From positions 32,001-96,000 of the IMG/VR virus record IMGVR_UViG_3300017963_007659: a DNA stretch of 64,000 bases. One strand, given 5' to 3'. The position numbers were made by a program, and so were the translations under genes. This DNA is from a virus. Under the pieces are notes generated by a model that saw only the letters and a program-made list of their open reading frames with translations, was not told the DNA's origin and searched no databases. Shown here piece after piece: positions 55,048 to 63,964 of the stretch. Every line of letters starts with the position of its first letter. Position 1 is the stretch's first letter.

Positions 55048-57938
55048 CAGTTCCACACATGCCCTTCTTGCTTCGGCCAAGCCACCCCGTCCGTGACCTG
55101 CTGCTCCAGCCATCCCCAGATCTCCGTGAACTCTTTCTCAGTGCGGTCAAAGCTCTTGCAGTTGCCATACTTGAAGCCAATATCGAAGTCGACAGCCAAG
55201 GGCACGATCATCTCGATACCGAACATCTCCTTCAAGCATGAAGTATCCATGAAGATACGCTCAGCCGTTTCGATGTACTCACGGAGAGCATCAGCATCGT
55301 AGGGGATCTCCGCTATGATGGAGTCGTGAACCAGGTTGACGATCTTCCAATCCTTGCCCTTCGCTTCGATGTACTGCTGAAGTCGGATACCAGCTATGAG
55401 GTTATAATCCGAGCTGGCAGCCTGGATGGGGGAGTTGCGCGCTTGGCGATTCCCACGTCCCGCGTTGCCTTCAGCGTACTCATGAGCGAGATGGCGACGT
55501 CGACCCATGGGAGAGGTGACATACCCCTTCGTCTGAGCAGCCTTCTCAGCCATAAGCAACCAGGCGTGAACGTCGGGGAACTGTGCGAAGAAGGTGTCCA
55601 GAAGCTCCTGAGCCTTCTCAACCTCAACCCCAAGGTTCTTGGCGAGTGTCTTGACATGCTGCCCGAACATGATCCCGAAGACGATTCTCTTGGCGTCCTG
55701 TCGCTGGACAGACGTCACGTCTTCGATGGGAATCTGATGCATCAGTGCAGCGGTCTGTCTATGCACGTCGCACTCGAATTTGACTCGCTTCTTGTTCTCC
55801 TCTGTTGGATTCGCTATGTACTCAGCCTTGACCTTCTCCATGTTGCGGAAGACCTTGGCGTAGTTCTTATCTTGTGCGATCTGGACAGCCCATCTTACCT
55901 CAGATTGAGCTACGTCCATCTGGACTAGTAGACGCCCATGAGGGACGCAGTACATGTTCTTGACGGCTTTCCTAGCCGCGACTGTAGCAGCGAGACGTCC
56001 CTTCCCTGGAACCTGCTGGAGGTTCACCTGCTCCGAGCTTGTTCTCCCAGAGGTGACACGGCACGAGGTGAAGCTAGAACGCATTCTCCCGTCTGCACAC
56101 TCCCCATCAGGACCTTCCCCATGGATTCGAGCATTGACGCTCTTGGTGTAGCTGGTATCGAGCTTGTAGAGCCCTTTGTACTCGTAAACGAGGTCGACGA
56201 TGTGCTGGGTTGGAGTGACCTCCACGTCCTCTGGGAGGTCGTCGTCACTCTTGTTTCGCTCGAATAGCGCGGTGTTGATCTCTGGCTGCGGGATCTCCGC
56301 TCCTGTGATAGGGTCTATCTTCGGCTTGCTCCATCCCAGAGGCTCAATCTTGAGCACATCGATGAGCAGAGTGATGAGACATTCTTTCTTGTCTATGTCC
56401 AAGACCCAGGGACTACCAAAGAGACCTGCCATCCCCGCAGCCTTGGTCTTCCCAAGGTGGAGAGTATTGGCTTGCTGGACCTCTGGCAAAGAAAACAGCT
56501 CCTCCTTGATCTCTTTCATCCTCTGCTTGATCGGAGACAACTCCCCACAGAGCATACGGAGATGAGGGACGTCAATCTGGAAGCCGTTGCGTTCGATAGA
56601 CTCGAAAGCGCAGATGAGCGGTCCGTGCATGTGCACATTGAAATTCAGGACACGCTCTCTTCCTCCCTCTTCCTTATCAGCTACGTCAAGAAGCGCGCGT
56701 GCCAGCCGATGCGGCACATACCCATCCATCGCACAGTACTCTCGGAAACCGGTATCGAACAGGGAAATCTTATCGAAGTCCTGTCGCTTCTTCTTCATAC
56801 CGGAGTCCTCGAACTTCGTCCATCCGATATAGTCATTGGCTAGCTTCGCCAACGACATGGGCTTGTCACTCTTTGGAATTCGCTTGAGACGCTGCTCGTC
56901 CACGCAGTGCGCTAGGAACATCGTATCCAGCAGAGAGGCGTTCAGCGGCATACGTGCCGTTCCCAGGTCCGGATGGATACAGGTGCGCAGCATAGCCAGG
57001 TCGAACTTGAGGTAGTTCCCTGTGACCCACTGGAAGGCGTCTGTAGGCGTCGTCAGCAGCCGAATGACCTCAGCCTGTACCTGTGGCAGTTCTGTCGGAG
57101 ACCAAGGAGACTCAGGGTGCATGTACGGGATGAGTGTGGTGATCATCCCGTCATTGCAGAACTGAATCATGGACACTTCATTCTTGAAGCGATGAAGTCC
57201 CCCTCTTGTCTCCGTATCGAAGGCGAGAATCCCATCGATAGCAGGAGTCGTCAAGTAGCTATCGACTACCGTCTTGAGCTTCTCCAGCGTATCGACATAG
57301 AAGTAGTGACCGTCTTTGAGCCAATCGACACTCGGGTCTTCGTCTACGAGCTTCTTGGCTGTCTTCAGGACGTTAGTGTACTTCTGTGTCCAGGAAGCTT
57401 TGGCTGTGGGTTCGTGCTGACGAGCGATGAAGGAGGGGTGAACGTTGGCGAGATAGGTGACGCCATCCTTCTCGACGTAGCGACCTTGAGCACGGAGAAC
57501 TCCCGCTGAAGCTAGCTCCGGAGCGAGCGCCTTGATTGCCGTCCCTCCGAGCATCACGACAACCTTCGGCTTATGCCGCTGGATCTCTTCAAGAAGATAG
57601 GGAACGCAGTGTCTCACCTCATCGGGGTTGGGAGTCTGATTACGAAGGGGACGGCACTTACAGACGTTCGCCAGAGCGTAGTCTCCGAGAATACCGGCTT
57701 CCTGCATGCAAGCACGATGAATCTGACCAGAGACCCCGACTAGCGGTCTCCCCCTCGTGCCATCTGGATGCACATAGGCGTCCTCGTCGGCTCCGAGAGC
57801 TTCAGCGACGAAGAAGATGTCTGGTTGCCCTTCGATCTCGGTTGGGCTATACCAGACGATGTTTCCTGTGAACTGAGGGTGGAGTGAGCATCCAGGGCAA
57901 CACACCCGGTCCTGCTCTGCTCTATAGTCGAGACGCAT
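55047..57938 (-). CDS. polA: Family A DNA polymerase with an N-terminal family-4 UDG-like domain and a 3'-5' exonuclease domain
   Basis: UDG part: CPGC, AEALG..E, NVCKCRP, HC.PYL..EI...P..V..LG, HPS. Exo: AFDTET. Pol: GRTSS..NLQQ, DVAQSEVR (A), AKRIVFGIMFG (B), NSPIQ, VHDS (C). Confidence 0.93.
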   Translation of the reverse strand: MRLDYRAEQDRVCCPGCSLHPQFTGNIVWYSPTEIEGQPDIFFVAEALGADEDAYVHPDGTRGRPLVGVSGQIHRACMQEAGILGDYALANVCKCRPLRNQTPNPDEVRHCVPYLLEEIQRHKPKVVVMLGGTAIKALAPELASAGVLRAQGRYVEKDGVTYLANVHPSFIARQHEPTAKASWTQKYTNVLKTAKKLVDEDPSVDWLKDGHYFYVDTLEKLKTVVDSYLTTPAIDGILAFDTETRGGLHRFKNEVSMIQFCNDGMITTLIPYMHPESPWSPTELPQVQAEVIRLLTTPTDAFQWVTGNYLKFDLAMLRTCIHPDLGTARMPLNASLLDTMFLAHCVDEQRLKRIPKSDKPMSLAKLANDYIGWTKFEDSGMKKKRQDFDKISLFDTGFREYCAMDGYVPHRLARALLDVADKEEGGRERVLNFNVHMHGPLICAFESIERNGFQIDVPHLRMLCGELSPIKQRMKEIKEELFSLPEVQQANTLHLGKTKAAGMAGLFGSPWVLDIDKKECLITLLIDVLKIEPLGWSKPKIDPITGAEIPQPEINTALFERNKSDDDLPEDVEVTPTQHIVDLVYEYKGLYKLDTSYTKSVNARIHGEGPDGECADGRMRSSFTSCRVTSGRTSSEQVNLQQVPGKGRLAATVAARKAVKNMYCVPHGRLLVQMDVAQSEVRWAVQIAQDKNYAKVFRNMEKVKAEYIANPTEENKKRVKFECDVHRQTAALMHQIPIEDVTSVQRQDAKRIVFGIMFGQHVKTLAKNLGVEVEKAQELLDTFFAQFPDVHAWLLMAEKAAQTKGYVTSPMGRRRHLAHEYAEGNAGRGNRQARNSPIQAASSDYNLIAGIRLQQYIEAKGKDWKIVNLVHDSIIAEIPYDADALREYIETAERIFMDTSCLKEMFGIEMIVPLAVDFDIGFKYGNCKSFDRTEKEFTEIWGWLEQQVTDGVAWPKQEGHVWN

Positions 57939-57978
57939 CTACTCTCCTGCTTCCGAAAGTACCAGGGGTTGCTCTGAT

Positions 57979-57988
57979 CTTTGACTGG
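57979..57988 (-). promoter_or_regulatory. Candidate middle-promoter motif CCAGTCAAAG upstream of the DNA polymerase
   Basis: Intergenic, 40 nt upstream of ATG 57938; same variant as at 5823. Confidence 0.55.
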
Positions 57989-58061
57989 TCTGGATTGAAG
58001 TTTGGACGACCCAAGGATTCCAGCGCATAGGGTTTTATAACCCAGCGCTAACTACGCGTTT

Positions 58062-58832
58062 TCACTCGGTCACCTTTCCGTGGGCGAAAAGCTGAGGCAT
58101 TCGTTGGGATGATTCCAAGCGCTTTTTCCCGAGAGCGAACACTTCAGGGTCTTTCTCACAGACCCAAAAGCTACGCCCCAAGCTGCGCGCGGCTACCGCT
58201 GTGGTGAACGATCCAGCGAATGGGTCAACAACGAGGTCTCCGGGGTTGGAGTGCGCCTGTAAGATGATCTCATAGAGTTGTGTCGGCTTCTGAGCCGAGA
58301 CGATCTTCTGATGCATGACCTCGGTCACGTCCGTCCACACATTGGAGCGTCTCTTGAAGGTGCTGTGTGGTTTGTACTTCTTGTTCTTGAGCACGTTCTG
58401 CGTCATCTCGGAATGCTGTTCAGTCAGGTAGGGCTTGTTGAAAATCGCAGGCTTCTCCCCGCGCACCAACCAGAGCATCTCCTCTCGGGTGAAGAGGTAG
58501 CGGTCAGCCACTCCGTAGCCGCGACTCTTCTTCCAAGTGATGAAGTCGCGGAGACGCCACTCCTTGAACTCATCCTCGACAGTAGCCGCGAACTTCAAGA
58601 ATGCCCTGTTCTTGTGTGATCCAATCCCGCCCCACATGAGGACCGAACCTCCCTCCAGGACGAAGTTCTGGCACCCTTCCACGAAGTCGTAGAGGAATGT
58701 CAGGAGCTGCTTCTCATCCAGGTTGTCATAGTCATCAGAGACAACTTGCCCATAGGGTGGGTCAGCGATGACGAGGAGCGTCTCAGGAGGGGCCTGCTCG
58801 AAGAAGTCTCCACAGATAGTGGTCTCTGCCAT
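58062..58832 (-). CDS. Orphan DNA amino-methyltransferase (DPPY, beta class, probably N6-A)
   Basis: IADPPYG, QKP, VVDPFAGSFTT. Confidence 0.9.
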   Translation of the reverse strand: MAETTICGDFFEQAPPETLLVIADPPYGQVVSDDYDNLDEKQLLTFLYDFVEGCQNFVLEGGSVLMWGGIGSHKNRAFLKFAATVEDEFKEWRLRDFITWKKSRGYGVADRYLFTREEMLWLVRGEKPAIFNKPYLTEQHSEMTQNVLKNKKYKPHSTFKRRSNVWTDVTEVMHQKIVSAQKPTQLYEIILQAHSNPGDLVVDPFAGSFTTAVAARSLGRSFWVCEKDPEVFALGKKRLESSQRMPQLFAHGKVTE

Positions 58833-58853
58833 CGTCTCTCCTAATCGTCTCTC

Positions 58854-59447
58854 CTACAAGAAAAATCGCATCTCTTGGGCGATCGTATCTACCAGTTTCT
58901 TCCCGCGCCTCTGGTTGGTCTCCAGCAATCTCTTCGTGAGACTCCCCAAGCCGTTGACGACCTGATTGTGGGTTCCATCGATCAGGAGAGCACGGTACAT
59001 GACCTCCATGAGGAAGTCGAACCCCACCTCCGTACCCAACCACTGCACCACCGATGCTGCCACCGCCGCATCTCTCTGGCTCTTCGTCTGTGGGATATGG
59101 TCGTGGTCCTCGGAGAGAATGTAGTCCAGCGTTCCGTTCGGGTCTGGGCAGTTCAGGCAAGAGTCATTGCGGTCAGCCCACTCCTCCGCGAAGATCTTCT
59201 CGAAGACATGTCTCTCGACAGCCAGGCGATTGGAGTTGACGCCGACATGTTCGATCTCTTCCGGAAGCAGTGTGTTGCCGAGAACATCGTCTCTGGTATC
59301 ATCGACAATGGTTTGAACGAGCTTCTCAACTTTGACGACAGCTTCCTGCCGACTGAGATTCCCATAAACGTTCTGCTCTGGGTTGCCCTCGCATGCATAG
59401 ACGTACTCATTGATAGCTGCCCAGAGGTCTTCTGTGTTAATGCTCAT
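58854..59447 (-). CDS. Hypothetical phage protein
   Basis: 197 aa; E..FAEEW...RDAAVAASVVQWLGTEVG is a recurring family motif. Confidence 0.75.
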   Translation of the reverse strand: MSINTEDLWAAINEYVYACEGNPEQNVYGNLSRQEAVVKVEKLVQTIVDDTRDDVLGNTLLPEEIEHVGVNSNRLAVERHVFEKIFAEEWADRNDSCLNCPDPNGTLDYILSEDHDHIPQTKSQRDAAVAASVVQWLGTEVGFDFLMEVMYRALLIDGTHNQVVNGLGSLTKRLLETNQRRGKKLVDTIAQEMRFFL

Positions 59448-59453
59448 ACCCTA

Positions 59454-59463
59454 CTTTGACTAG
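59454..59463 (-). promoter_or_regulatory. Candidate middle-promoter motif CTAGTCAAAG
   Basis: Exact decamer 6 nt before ATG 59447; shares 19 identical bp with 62801-62819. Confidence 0.65.
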
Positions 59464-60299
59464 ATTTTGAGCGCTATCCGCTTGACGTCTTCCGTCACGT
59501 CCATGTTCTTGTGAGCACAGACATCCGGCTTCGTCAGCCTCTCAACGATGAGGTCAGCGTAGTCCTGCTCAATCTCAGCCCCAATCCAACGACGACCGTA
59601 GGACTCACAGACAACGGCTGTCGTCCCGGAACCCATGAAGGGGTCCACCACCAAGTCTTCAAGATTGGTAGACATTGCTACCACGCGGTCCAGGATCTTC
59701 GTCGAGAGCACATTGGCTCTCCTCTCCATCTGCTTGAACTTCTTGTGTCGCACAGGAGAGATGTCCGTCCACACGTCTTTGAGAGATAGACCATCCGGAT
59801 GAAGCTTGCTCTTGTGCCCACCGTAGTCCTTGACGGTCTCTCCGCACTTGCGACAGACAGGGATGGGTGTGCGGATCTTCTTGAAGGTCTTGGGAGGTCC
59901 CTTGGTGTAGTAGAGCAGGCTGTAGTGGGCCGGATAGAGCCTACCCTTGATAGGCATAACCGTTGTCATCTCGATAGCAATCCAATGCCTGAAGGTTAGC
60001 CTCTTCTTCGAGAGGTAGGCTCCAAGAGGCACATTCCACTTTGGGAGGTTGTAGAGGAAGAAGGACCCTCCAGGCTTCAAGATTCGTACACACTCCTTGA
60101 TCCACTGATGACACCACGTCAGGTACTCCTCCTCTGGAAGAGCGTCGTTCGTCTGCGGTCCGTAGCTCTTTCCAATGTTGAAGGGAGGGTCGGCGAAGAC
60201 AGTATCGACGGAGAAGTCATCGATGGTCGCAAGGACGTCTAGGCAGTCTCCGTGATAGAGCTTACCAAAGGGAGTGGTGTGGTAGGGGTACATGGTCAT
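59460..60299 (-). CDS. Orphan DNA methyltransferase, M.BamHI-like (DPPF; probably N4-cytosine)
   Basis: FADPPFN, YNLPKWN, RLYPAHYSLLYY.KG, C..CG...KDYGG, DVW.DI.PVRH and DPFMGSGTT; strong resemblance, from memory, to M.BamHI. Confidence 0.88.
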   Translation of the reverse strand: MTMYPYHTTPFGKLYHGDCLDVLATIDDFSVDTVFADPPFNIGKSYGPQTNDALPEEEYLTWCHQWIKECVRILKPGGSFFLYNLPKWNVPLGAYLSKKRLTFRHWIAIEMTTVMPIKGRLYPAHYSLLYYTKGPPKTFKKIRTPIPVCRKCGETVKDYGGHKSKLHPDGLSLKDVWTDISPVRHKKFKQMERRANVLSTKILDRVVAMSTNLEDLVVDPFMGSGTTAVVCESYGRRWIGAEIEQDYADLIVERLTKPDVCAHKNMDVTEDVKRIALKI

Positions 60300-60550
60300 T
60301 CCTTCAGCACCATATCTCTCGTTAGCTCAACCTCCGACAGATATTTGCGAGCACCTTCGAGCTTCTTTTCAAGCCAGTTGCAATTATACTGCGCTCTCTC
60401 GACAGCTTCCTCTATACTGACTCGTAGTTCCTTTCCCGAGAGTTCGCACTCAAATACAGGCCCCTCAAAGACACGCAGAGGCGTGGTACGCTCCCGCATT
60501 TTAGCTATGGGAATCTCTATCGTGTACAGGTGCTTAAGCTGCTTATTCAT
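60296..60550 (-). CDS. Hypothetical protein
   Basis: 84 aa, coupled overlaps with neighbours. Confidence 0.6.
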   Translation of the reverse strand: MNKQLKHLYTIEIPIAKMRERTTPLRVFEGPVFECELSGKELRVSIEEAVERAQYNCNWLEKKLEGARKYLSEVELTRDMVLKE

Positions 60551-60863
60551 CCTCTGCCTCTTCGGCTAGCCATCCCTCGATGTCAGTTCGAGCTTGCTCG
60601 ATGCAGCCAGCGACGTTCGTGGACTCCCAATAGTAGCTTCTACTTGGACCGAGGACGTAGCACGCGAGCTTGAGAGTAACGGGCGGTTGGTGGTTCGGAT
60701 CCGTCATCTCGAAGAAGGAGGGGAAGTGCACAGACACAGAGCCTTCGTAGCTCTTGCAGTGACCATCTCCTGCAATGAGAACCGTATGGACAGCATCGTG
60801 CACATAGACGATGAATTCTTGAAGGCTATCCATCCCTACAAACAGGTCTGAGTACTTACCCAT
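60543..60863 (-). CDS. Hypothetical protein
   Basis: Likely start MGKYSDL at 60863 after a GAGGAG SD. Confidence 0.7.
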   Translation of the reverse strand: MGKYSDLFVGMDSLQEFIVYVHDAVHTVLIAGDGHCKSYEGSVSVHFPSFFEMTDPNHQPPVTLKLACYVLGPSRSYYWESTNVAGCIEQARTDIEGWLAEEAEDE

Positions 60864-61215
60864 TGTCTTCCTCTTCTCCCTCCTGGAGGTACTGGTCGAT
60901 CTCCGCTTCCCAGGAAGCGCACGAGTCTGAATGGAAGTTCCTACGAGGTCCTTTCTTCTCCGCAGCTCCGCAGTCACAGTACTTCCGGACCAAGGCGTGA
61001 TACTCCATCCAGGCGCGCTCCTTCTTCACTAGGGTCTCAGCGACGAGCTTTCCGAGATATGCATGCGTCTCAGGGTCATGGAGGTCGATGTTGTTCTCAC
61101 GGTGGTTGAGGATGATGGTCTCGACCTCTTCCCCCTCTAGGACGAGCTTGAGTTCTATCAGCTCCGGTGGAACTTCCAGGTCAGCTATCGTCTGACTCTC
61201 GGTCTTCTTGTTCAT
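60856..61215 (-). CDS. Hypothetical protein with CDCG...HSDSC
   Basis: ORF in the operon; start uncertain. Confidence 0.6.
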   Translation of the reverse strand: MNKKTESQTIADLEVPPELIELKLVLEGEEVETIILNHRENNIDLHDPETHAYLGKLVAETLVKKERAWMEYHALVRKYCDCGAAEKKGPRRNFHSDSCASWEAEIDQYLQEGEEEDNG

Positions 61216-61423
61216 CGTACTCGTCCAGTCCTTCTTCAATCACAGCTTGGTCATGGACCCGTCTCCGGAGTCTATGCGTGTGCGCTTTCTTGCTGCTACG
61301 CCAACGAGCTTGGCCCACCTTCCCGCGCTCGAAGCAAGAGGGTACCCAGCCGGTTCTCCACAAAGTTCTCCCGTACATCCGGGAACCGCGCATGGACTGG
61401 TCATTCTTGAAGCGACGTTTCAT
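61181..61423 (-). CDS. Small basic hypothetical protein
   Basis: ATG 61423 forms an ATGA overlap with the upstream stop. Confidence 0.55.
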   Translation of the reverse strand: MKRRFKNDQSMRGSRMYGRTLWRTGWVPSCFERGKVGQARWRSSKKAHTHRLRRRVHDQAVIEEGLDEYDEQEDRESDDS

Positions 61424-61653
61424 TCCAGCAAATCCTCTCGCATCTTCTCCGCATCGCGAATTAAGTCTGCCTGCACACTGGAGACATAGACAATGGGGTC
61501 CAAACACTCTCCCTTCTTACCTTCTGGGAATTTGACGATGAAGCGAATCTTGAAGTAGTCTCCGTCAAGACAGAGGTATTCGCCCAAGCGCGGCTCCTGT
61601 ACTTTGAGGCTCCATGTGTCTCCGGAGGTGAGGTTGACTACCTCGTACAGCAT
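61420..61653 (-). CDS. Hypothetical protein
   Basis: 77 aa, coupled to neighbours. Confidence 0.65.
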   Translation of the reverse strand: MLYEVVNLTSGDTWSLKVQEPRLGEYLCLDGDYFKIRFIVKFPEGKKGECLDPIVYVSSVQADLIRDAEKMREDLLE

Positions 61654-61964
61654 CAGAGGTACCTCGTCGTTTCTCGAAGGGCTCGTTTTCGAGCTGCTGC
61701 CTCGTCTCTCTTGGTTGCCTCTTTGAGCTTCTCTATGTGCCCTTCAAGAATCGCAATCATGTCAGCCTTGTCGCTACAGCCAGACTCTCCATATTGCTGG
61801 AGAATCAAGCTCACGACGGCTTGCTGGTAGTCATCGTCTCCATGGTAGCAGAGTCGCCCAATGAAGCCGACGATGGCTTGCTGCGAGCAGTCTTCCAGAA
61901 TCCTGTTCGGGATCTCACGAAGGTCGATTCCAACAGACCAACCGAAACTTGACTCCGACATCAT
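61653..61964 (-). CDS. Hypothetical protein
   Basis: 103 aa, coupled to neighbours. Confidence 0.65.
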   Translation of the reverse strand: MMSESSFGWSVGIDLREIPNRILEDCSQQAIVGFIGRLCYHGDDDYQQAVVSLILQQYGESGCSDKADMIAILEGHIEKLKEATKRDEAAARKRALRETTRYL

Positions 61965-61967
61965 ACG

Positions 61968-62366
61968 TCACTTCCCTTTTCTCAGAATGTCGTGTTCGAT
62001 GGCTTCGTACTCATCCTCCGCTGGAGGCTGGAGCATCGCTACCTGAATGTAGAGCTTGCGGATGTTCGCGAGCAGCGTGTAAGGGCTATATTGCGGGTAC
62101 TTCTCTTCCTCAGTGGGAGTTTGATACTCAACCCCTTCGTCGTCCAGGATGTCTTCAAGAATCTCGCTATGATTCTTCAAGACGATCTCAGCGAAGAAGT
62201 TGAAGAGCCGTATAGTGACCTCCCAACTTTGAGCACCCTCGTCGAACCGACGAATGAGTTCAACGAAGTCCTCGGTCTCATACTGGTCCCACAGCATATC
62301 CCACAGCTCTTCACTGTCGATAGTGAACATACCACGCGTCGTCTTCGGAAGTGTTCTCCGTTTCAT
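61968..62366 (-). CDS. Acidic hypothetical protein
   Basis: 132 aa; GAGG SD. Confidence 0.7.
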   Translation of the reverse strand: MKRRTLPKTTRGMFTIDSEELWDMLWDQYETEDFVELIRRFDEGAQSWEVTIRLFNFFAEIVLKNHSEILEDILDDEGVEYQTPTEEEKYPQYSPYTLLANIRKLYIQVAMLQPPAEDEYEAIEHDILRKGK

Positions 62367-62374
62367 TGCATCCC

Positions 62375-62803
62375 TCAGTTAATCAGCCCTTGCTTCTTTT
62401 TCTGGGCTATCAGCTTTCGATGGTCAGCGGCTTCTTGCTCCGCTTGCTCCAACTCAAACAGAAAACCCCCTACAGAGTCGAGTATGTAGGACTGCTGCTC
62501 CTCATTCGGAGTAGCATAGACATCAGGACCTTCCATCTTCTTGCACCACCCCACCATCGCGTTCAAGCTGGAAGAAAGACGGAAGAATTCCGTGCTATCA
62601 AATGTCGGCTTCTTCACGAAGGACAGGAGAAGGGTCAAGATCGCCGTCACAAGAACATCGTCCTCGTCACGCGCCTCCAACAGCTCAACTATGGTCTGAA
62701 TGAAGTTGTCCTCGTTGACATCATCAGCAAAGGCACGGATGATCTCTTCAGCATAGACTGTCGCGGGGAGATCTAGCTTGAGGTGCTTGAGGTCCTTCTT
62801 CAT
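62375..62803 (-). CDS. Hypothetical protein
   Basis: 142 aa. Confidence 0.7.
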   Translation of the reverse strand: MKKDLKHLKLDLPATVYAEEIIRAFADDVNEDNFIQTIVELLEARDEDDVLVTAILTLLLSFVKKPTFDSTEFFRLSSSLNAMVGWCKKMEGPDVYATPNEEQQSYILDSVGGFLFELEQAEQEAADHRKLIAQKKKQGLIN

Positions 62804-63228
62804 ACCCTACTTTGACTAGGTTTCTCCGCAGACTGGACAAGAAAGGGCCTCACTTTTAGGCGCTTCCAGATGGTTGGGAATCTTTCCTCAACAAGTTCAA
62901 GCATTTGCTCGAAGGTGCACTCCTGTGCGATGAAGAAGTTCGAGTTGCTGTTGGGACGGTGGTCTCCAGACGTATCCCAGAAGGCAAGACAGGTCCAGAT
63001 AGTGTCACCGCTATTCTTGTAGTGGAGGGCTGCGGCTCCTTCTTTGTATCTGTGGCATTGGTCTGGAGCAAAATTCGCGTCGATATTGTCGAAGGGACCT
63101 ATCCGATTGAACGGAAGAGGGCGCTGATGCTTACACTGACTGACACCAACCTCTTGGTAGTGAGTGCAGTGTCCAGCTTTGTTGTCAGGCCACACACCGA
63201 AGAAGTAGACATCCAGGTCAGTCTTCAT
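62800..63228 (-). CDS. Hypothetical phage protein
   Basis: Start MKTDL at 63228; YFFGVW...AGH...LAFWD.S.D.RP.SNS.F is a recurring family motif. Confidence 0.7.
   Translation of the reverse strand: MKTDLDVYFFGVWPDNKAGHCTHYQEVGVSQCKHQRPLPFNRIGPFDNIDANFAPDQCHRYKEGAAALHYKNSGDTIWTCLAFWDTSGDHRPNSNSNFFIAQECTFEQMLELVEERFPTIWKRLKVRPFLVQSAEKPSQSRV
62810..62819 (-). promoter_or_regulatory. Candidate middle-promoter motif CTAGTCAAAG
   Basis: Exact decamer 6 nt before ATG 62803, embedded in the last codons of the upstream gene. Confidence 0.6.
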
Positions 63229-63412
63229 TGTCGTCCAATGTGAGAATGTAATCCCACTCGAAGGGCTTCTCTGCCTCTGTAGCGCACTCAGAGAGGTAGG
63301 CAAAGGCAGACCTACAGCAGTATTCCGTGAAGCGTGTTCCGTCGAGATCTTCACTCTTCACTCGGTAGACAGCCGATCCCTCGCAGCCGCACGAACACCT
63401 TCTCTCAATCAT
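63218..63412 (-). CDS. Small Cys-rich protein
   Basis: CSCGC...YCC. Confidence 0.6.
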   Translation of the reverse strand: MIERRCSCGCEGSAVYRVKSEDLDGTRFTEYCCRSAFAYLSECATEAEKPFEWDYILTLDDNED

Positions 63413-63776
63413 CGGAACCTTCCAACTTCCCGCACGAATAGCAGCAGGTTAGCCACCTATGCCCTTCTTTGCGATGGGTACCTGGAGCCCCACACTGCTC
63501 ACAGAGAGTCTTTGAGCGCTCAGAAGCTCTTCTTACAATCATACCAATCTTAGACTGTAAGTCTTTGTCCTCACACTCAAAGTAGATATTCAGGTATCCG
63601 AACTTCTCTTTAACCTGATGGATGGTCACTTTCTCCCCGTTTGAAACAGAGTAGATATCATCCATCGTTCTATAGACGAGGTCTACCCAACCCTCTCCAA
63701 CCTCATTCCAAGTTTTTCCTTCCCATACGATATTCTTGTATCGTTCGGAAATTTCTTGCAAATTATCAGAAATCAT
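63405..63776 (-). CDS. Conserved phage protein (QVKEKFG.L..Y...CE.CG.PG family)
   Basis: Widespread phage motif with a C-terminal Zn ribbon. Confidence 0.75.
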   Translation of the reverse strand: MISDNLQEISERYKNIVWEGKTWNEVGEGWVDLVYRTMDDIYSVSNGEKVTIHQVKEKFGYLNIYFECEDKDLQSKIGMIVRRASERSKTLCEQCGAPGTHRKEGHRWLTCCYSCGKLEGSDD

Positions 63777-63964
63777 CGTTTCACCCTGTCTACAATGTGA
63801 GCCAAATCAAAGAAGGAGGACTTGACCTTCTCTTGATACTCCTCGTTGTAATCTTCCCATCCCCAACATTCTTGGAGCACGGTCTCATAGAGAAGGTCCC
63901 GCGCCTCAGTCAGGAGTTCTGTGGCCTTTTCGATGTTCTCATCAGCCCTTGTCTGCACACTCAT
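63773..63964 (-). CDS. Hypothetical protein
   Basis: 63 aa, ATGA-coupled. Confidence 0.6.
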   Translation of the reverse strand: MSVQTRADENIEKATELLTEARDLLYETVLQECWGWEDYNEEYQEKVKSSFFDLAHIVDRVKR

